DNA from: Octopus sinensis
Taxonomy: Eukaryota
Assembly: GCF_006345805.1 (NCBI RefSeq)
Contig: NC_042998.1
Location: 172,794,001-172,858,000 of the forward strand
Direction of reading: 5' to 3'
DNA length: 64,000 bases
This document shows, piece by piece, positions 61,694 to 64,000 of this stretch. Under the pieces are notes generated by a model. It made no database searches and was not told the DNA's origin. It saw nothing but the letters and a program-made list of their open reading frames with translations. Made by a program: the position numbers and the translations under genes. The number at the start of each line of letters is the position of its first letter. Within the stretch, counting starts at the first letter, position 1.

Positions 61694-64000
61694 TATATAT
61701 ACATATATACTAGAGGTACCCGTAAATATACGTATGAGCGCGCGCGTATTAGTGCGACACGTTGGTTGTTTATATTACACTTGCAGATTCAAATTTCTTT
61801 ACGATACGCTCTATCGTTTATTACTTTGTGGTTATGTATTTAGGAGGCGACTCTCTTTTCTTTTACTCTCGTGTTTTTGCAATTTTTTAAAAATAAGAAT
61901 TTTGTAATTAGGTGTGATATATATGTTGTTTTCTATTTTTAAGCTATATTTTATTAATGACGCCTTCGTTTTTTCTCTATCTTGTAATCAGTGAACATAT
62001 GATTCTTGCAATATCTCAATCAATAAACTTGGCATAGATAGTATATTTGCACATCCTTCAAATGTAATGCAAAGGCAGATGATCGACTCAGTATACAGAG
62101 AAAATCCAAATGCAAGATCAAATGTAAGCTTGAAGAGGTTCACACCATTATGTTGTCGAAGGATAAAATTCAATGTGCCACTCAAGGCGTCGCGCACAAA
62201 AAGTAAAAAGTGAACACACACACACACACGTGTGTATGTATGTATGTGCTTGTGCGTGCGAAGGTGTGTTTGTATGTGCGGATATGGTTCCATATATGTG
62301 TGAGTTTGTCGATTTTATTTCTATATAGGCATTTGATCCTCTTCTGTTTACTTCGAACGCTTCAAATATAATTTAACCTAAACAACTAGAACCTAATATT
62401 TGCAGGGTTCTTCCACACAGAATGCCAAAAATGCATACGAGACGATGTATGCTTAAAAGCTAACCATCTATACGCCATGTCAGTCATGAGAAGGAAAGAA
62501 ATGAGAAGAAAAAACGCGGGAATGAACAAATGAAAGTGAAAAGAAAAAGAAGACGGAACGGTGACAATGATAAATACATATATAGTCATAAACAAAGAAG
62601 CGAAGAGAAATACTGCAGATGACTAACGATGACCGACATTAAGAAGCCAAATGCCAATCAACTTGAATGCAAGTTCATCGAGGAAGAAAAAAATTACCTA
62701 AAGTATATAAGAAGTTACTATTAACTATGTTTCAAACAGTTGCAGTAGTACTACGTCAGTGATCAGTTTGCAATAACGTGATACAAATGCTAGCCTATTG
62801 CAATTAATTCAAAGTGAATTTAAATGTTTTTGTGTGTTTTAAATGGTTAACGTAATCGATATCCTATGATTTAGCTAATACTATACGTATATGCATTCGC
62901 ACACACTCACATACTCAGAGATATTAAGCTGAAACTTTATGAACTGCGACTCTGAGATTTTTAATCCATAAAAAATTTTTAAACCGTGAAGAAATCATAC
63001 AACTTGACTTATATACGTGAAATACAAACCATTGAATATGCAGATTAATGATACGAAATTGTTTGCTTTGATTAGATCATGTCACAGTATAATTATAGAA
63101 TGCTGTATAATTATTTCATAGTAAATAGTAAAAACCAAAAAGCTCACAGGTTTTCGCAAAATCTAGGTTAATCATTGCTATATTAAAAGAATTAGCATCA
63201 AACTTCTTTACAACAGGCCATTATCAAAAGAAAGCAATTGCCATGCATGTGTGATTATTTTTGTATCTAATTTACTGATTGAAGTATAACTTTTAGCGAA
63301 AACAGATATTTGGAGCCACGATTTTTTTATCAAAGTATAAAATTCAATTCGAAGCTGAGAAAATTCATATCAAAGTTTATTACTTATACCATTAAGGCAA
63401 TTAGCAAAAAATACAGTTATTTCATAATGTTAAATTGGCTGTTAGCTTAATTCGAAGAATCATTGAATTTTTTTTTTTTTTGCTTAATTCTGAGAATAAT
63501 AGTGTCTGTGAGTCTTTTATTGAATAAAACCTCACTTGCTCGTGTCCCAGAAATTTAATCTCAAATATCCGTTCAGTGCTAAAATATTTTATCGCTGTTA
63601 ATCAAAATATTTGTTGAAATATTGTAAAATGTATTGCTGATGAACAAACGCACTCTAAATTCGTGATTAAATCAAAAATTGAATTAAACAGTGAAGTCAC
63701 TAAGGATAAAAACTATATTGGTGATTGAAAAGAGAAACACACTTTTTCTGAATCCTTAACTGTAGATAGAGAGAAATATAAGATGTTCAAATAATAATAG
63801 TTAGGAAAGTAAGTTATAGAGTTCAAATCAAAGTAAATACAAAATGCATCTAAGTATAAAAATGTGTAAAATAAACTAATATATGAAATAGACAAAAGTT
63901 AGCTTTTATACAATTCAATGATATCCACAAGAAGGCAAAAACTGCCGGTTTACCAGGATAATTATAATGCTAAAAGAAGGTCAATTGTCGGCACATCTTA

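Overview
AT-rich, microsatellite-dense eukaryotic genomic DNA. The repeat inventory (several tRNA-derived SINE families, R4/Dong, RTE and CR1-group LINEs, Penelope-like elements, Helitrons, Tc1/mariner relics) best fits a coleoid cephalopod such as Octopus; this is an inference from repeat content. There are no CRISPR arrays and no true rRNA/tRNA genes. The best host-gene evidence is a minus-strand pair of exons (44406-44471 and 43138-44141) that splice in frame into a low-complexity protein of unknown identity. Weaker plus-strand exon candidates lie at 434-594 and 23611-23725. The main discovery is a 3.3-kb array (31892-35200) of ~599-bp non-coding units. Each complete unit carries a type I hammerhead ribozyme with an unusually long helix II and a palindromic minimal helix III. 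The units are in tandem, flip orientation head-to-head inside a ribozyme core at ~33115, and are anchored in (TA)n tracts at both ends, so this is a retrozyme-like / Penelope-derived candidate circular-RNA system. About ten further hammerhead or hammerhead-like loci of several distinct families occur in the window. Almost all abut (TA)n tracts, several sit in fold-back inverted repeats, and one family has a fixed non-canonical core (CUGUNGAA). All coordinates and base-pairings were read by eye; no search or folding program was run.
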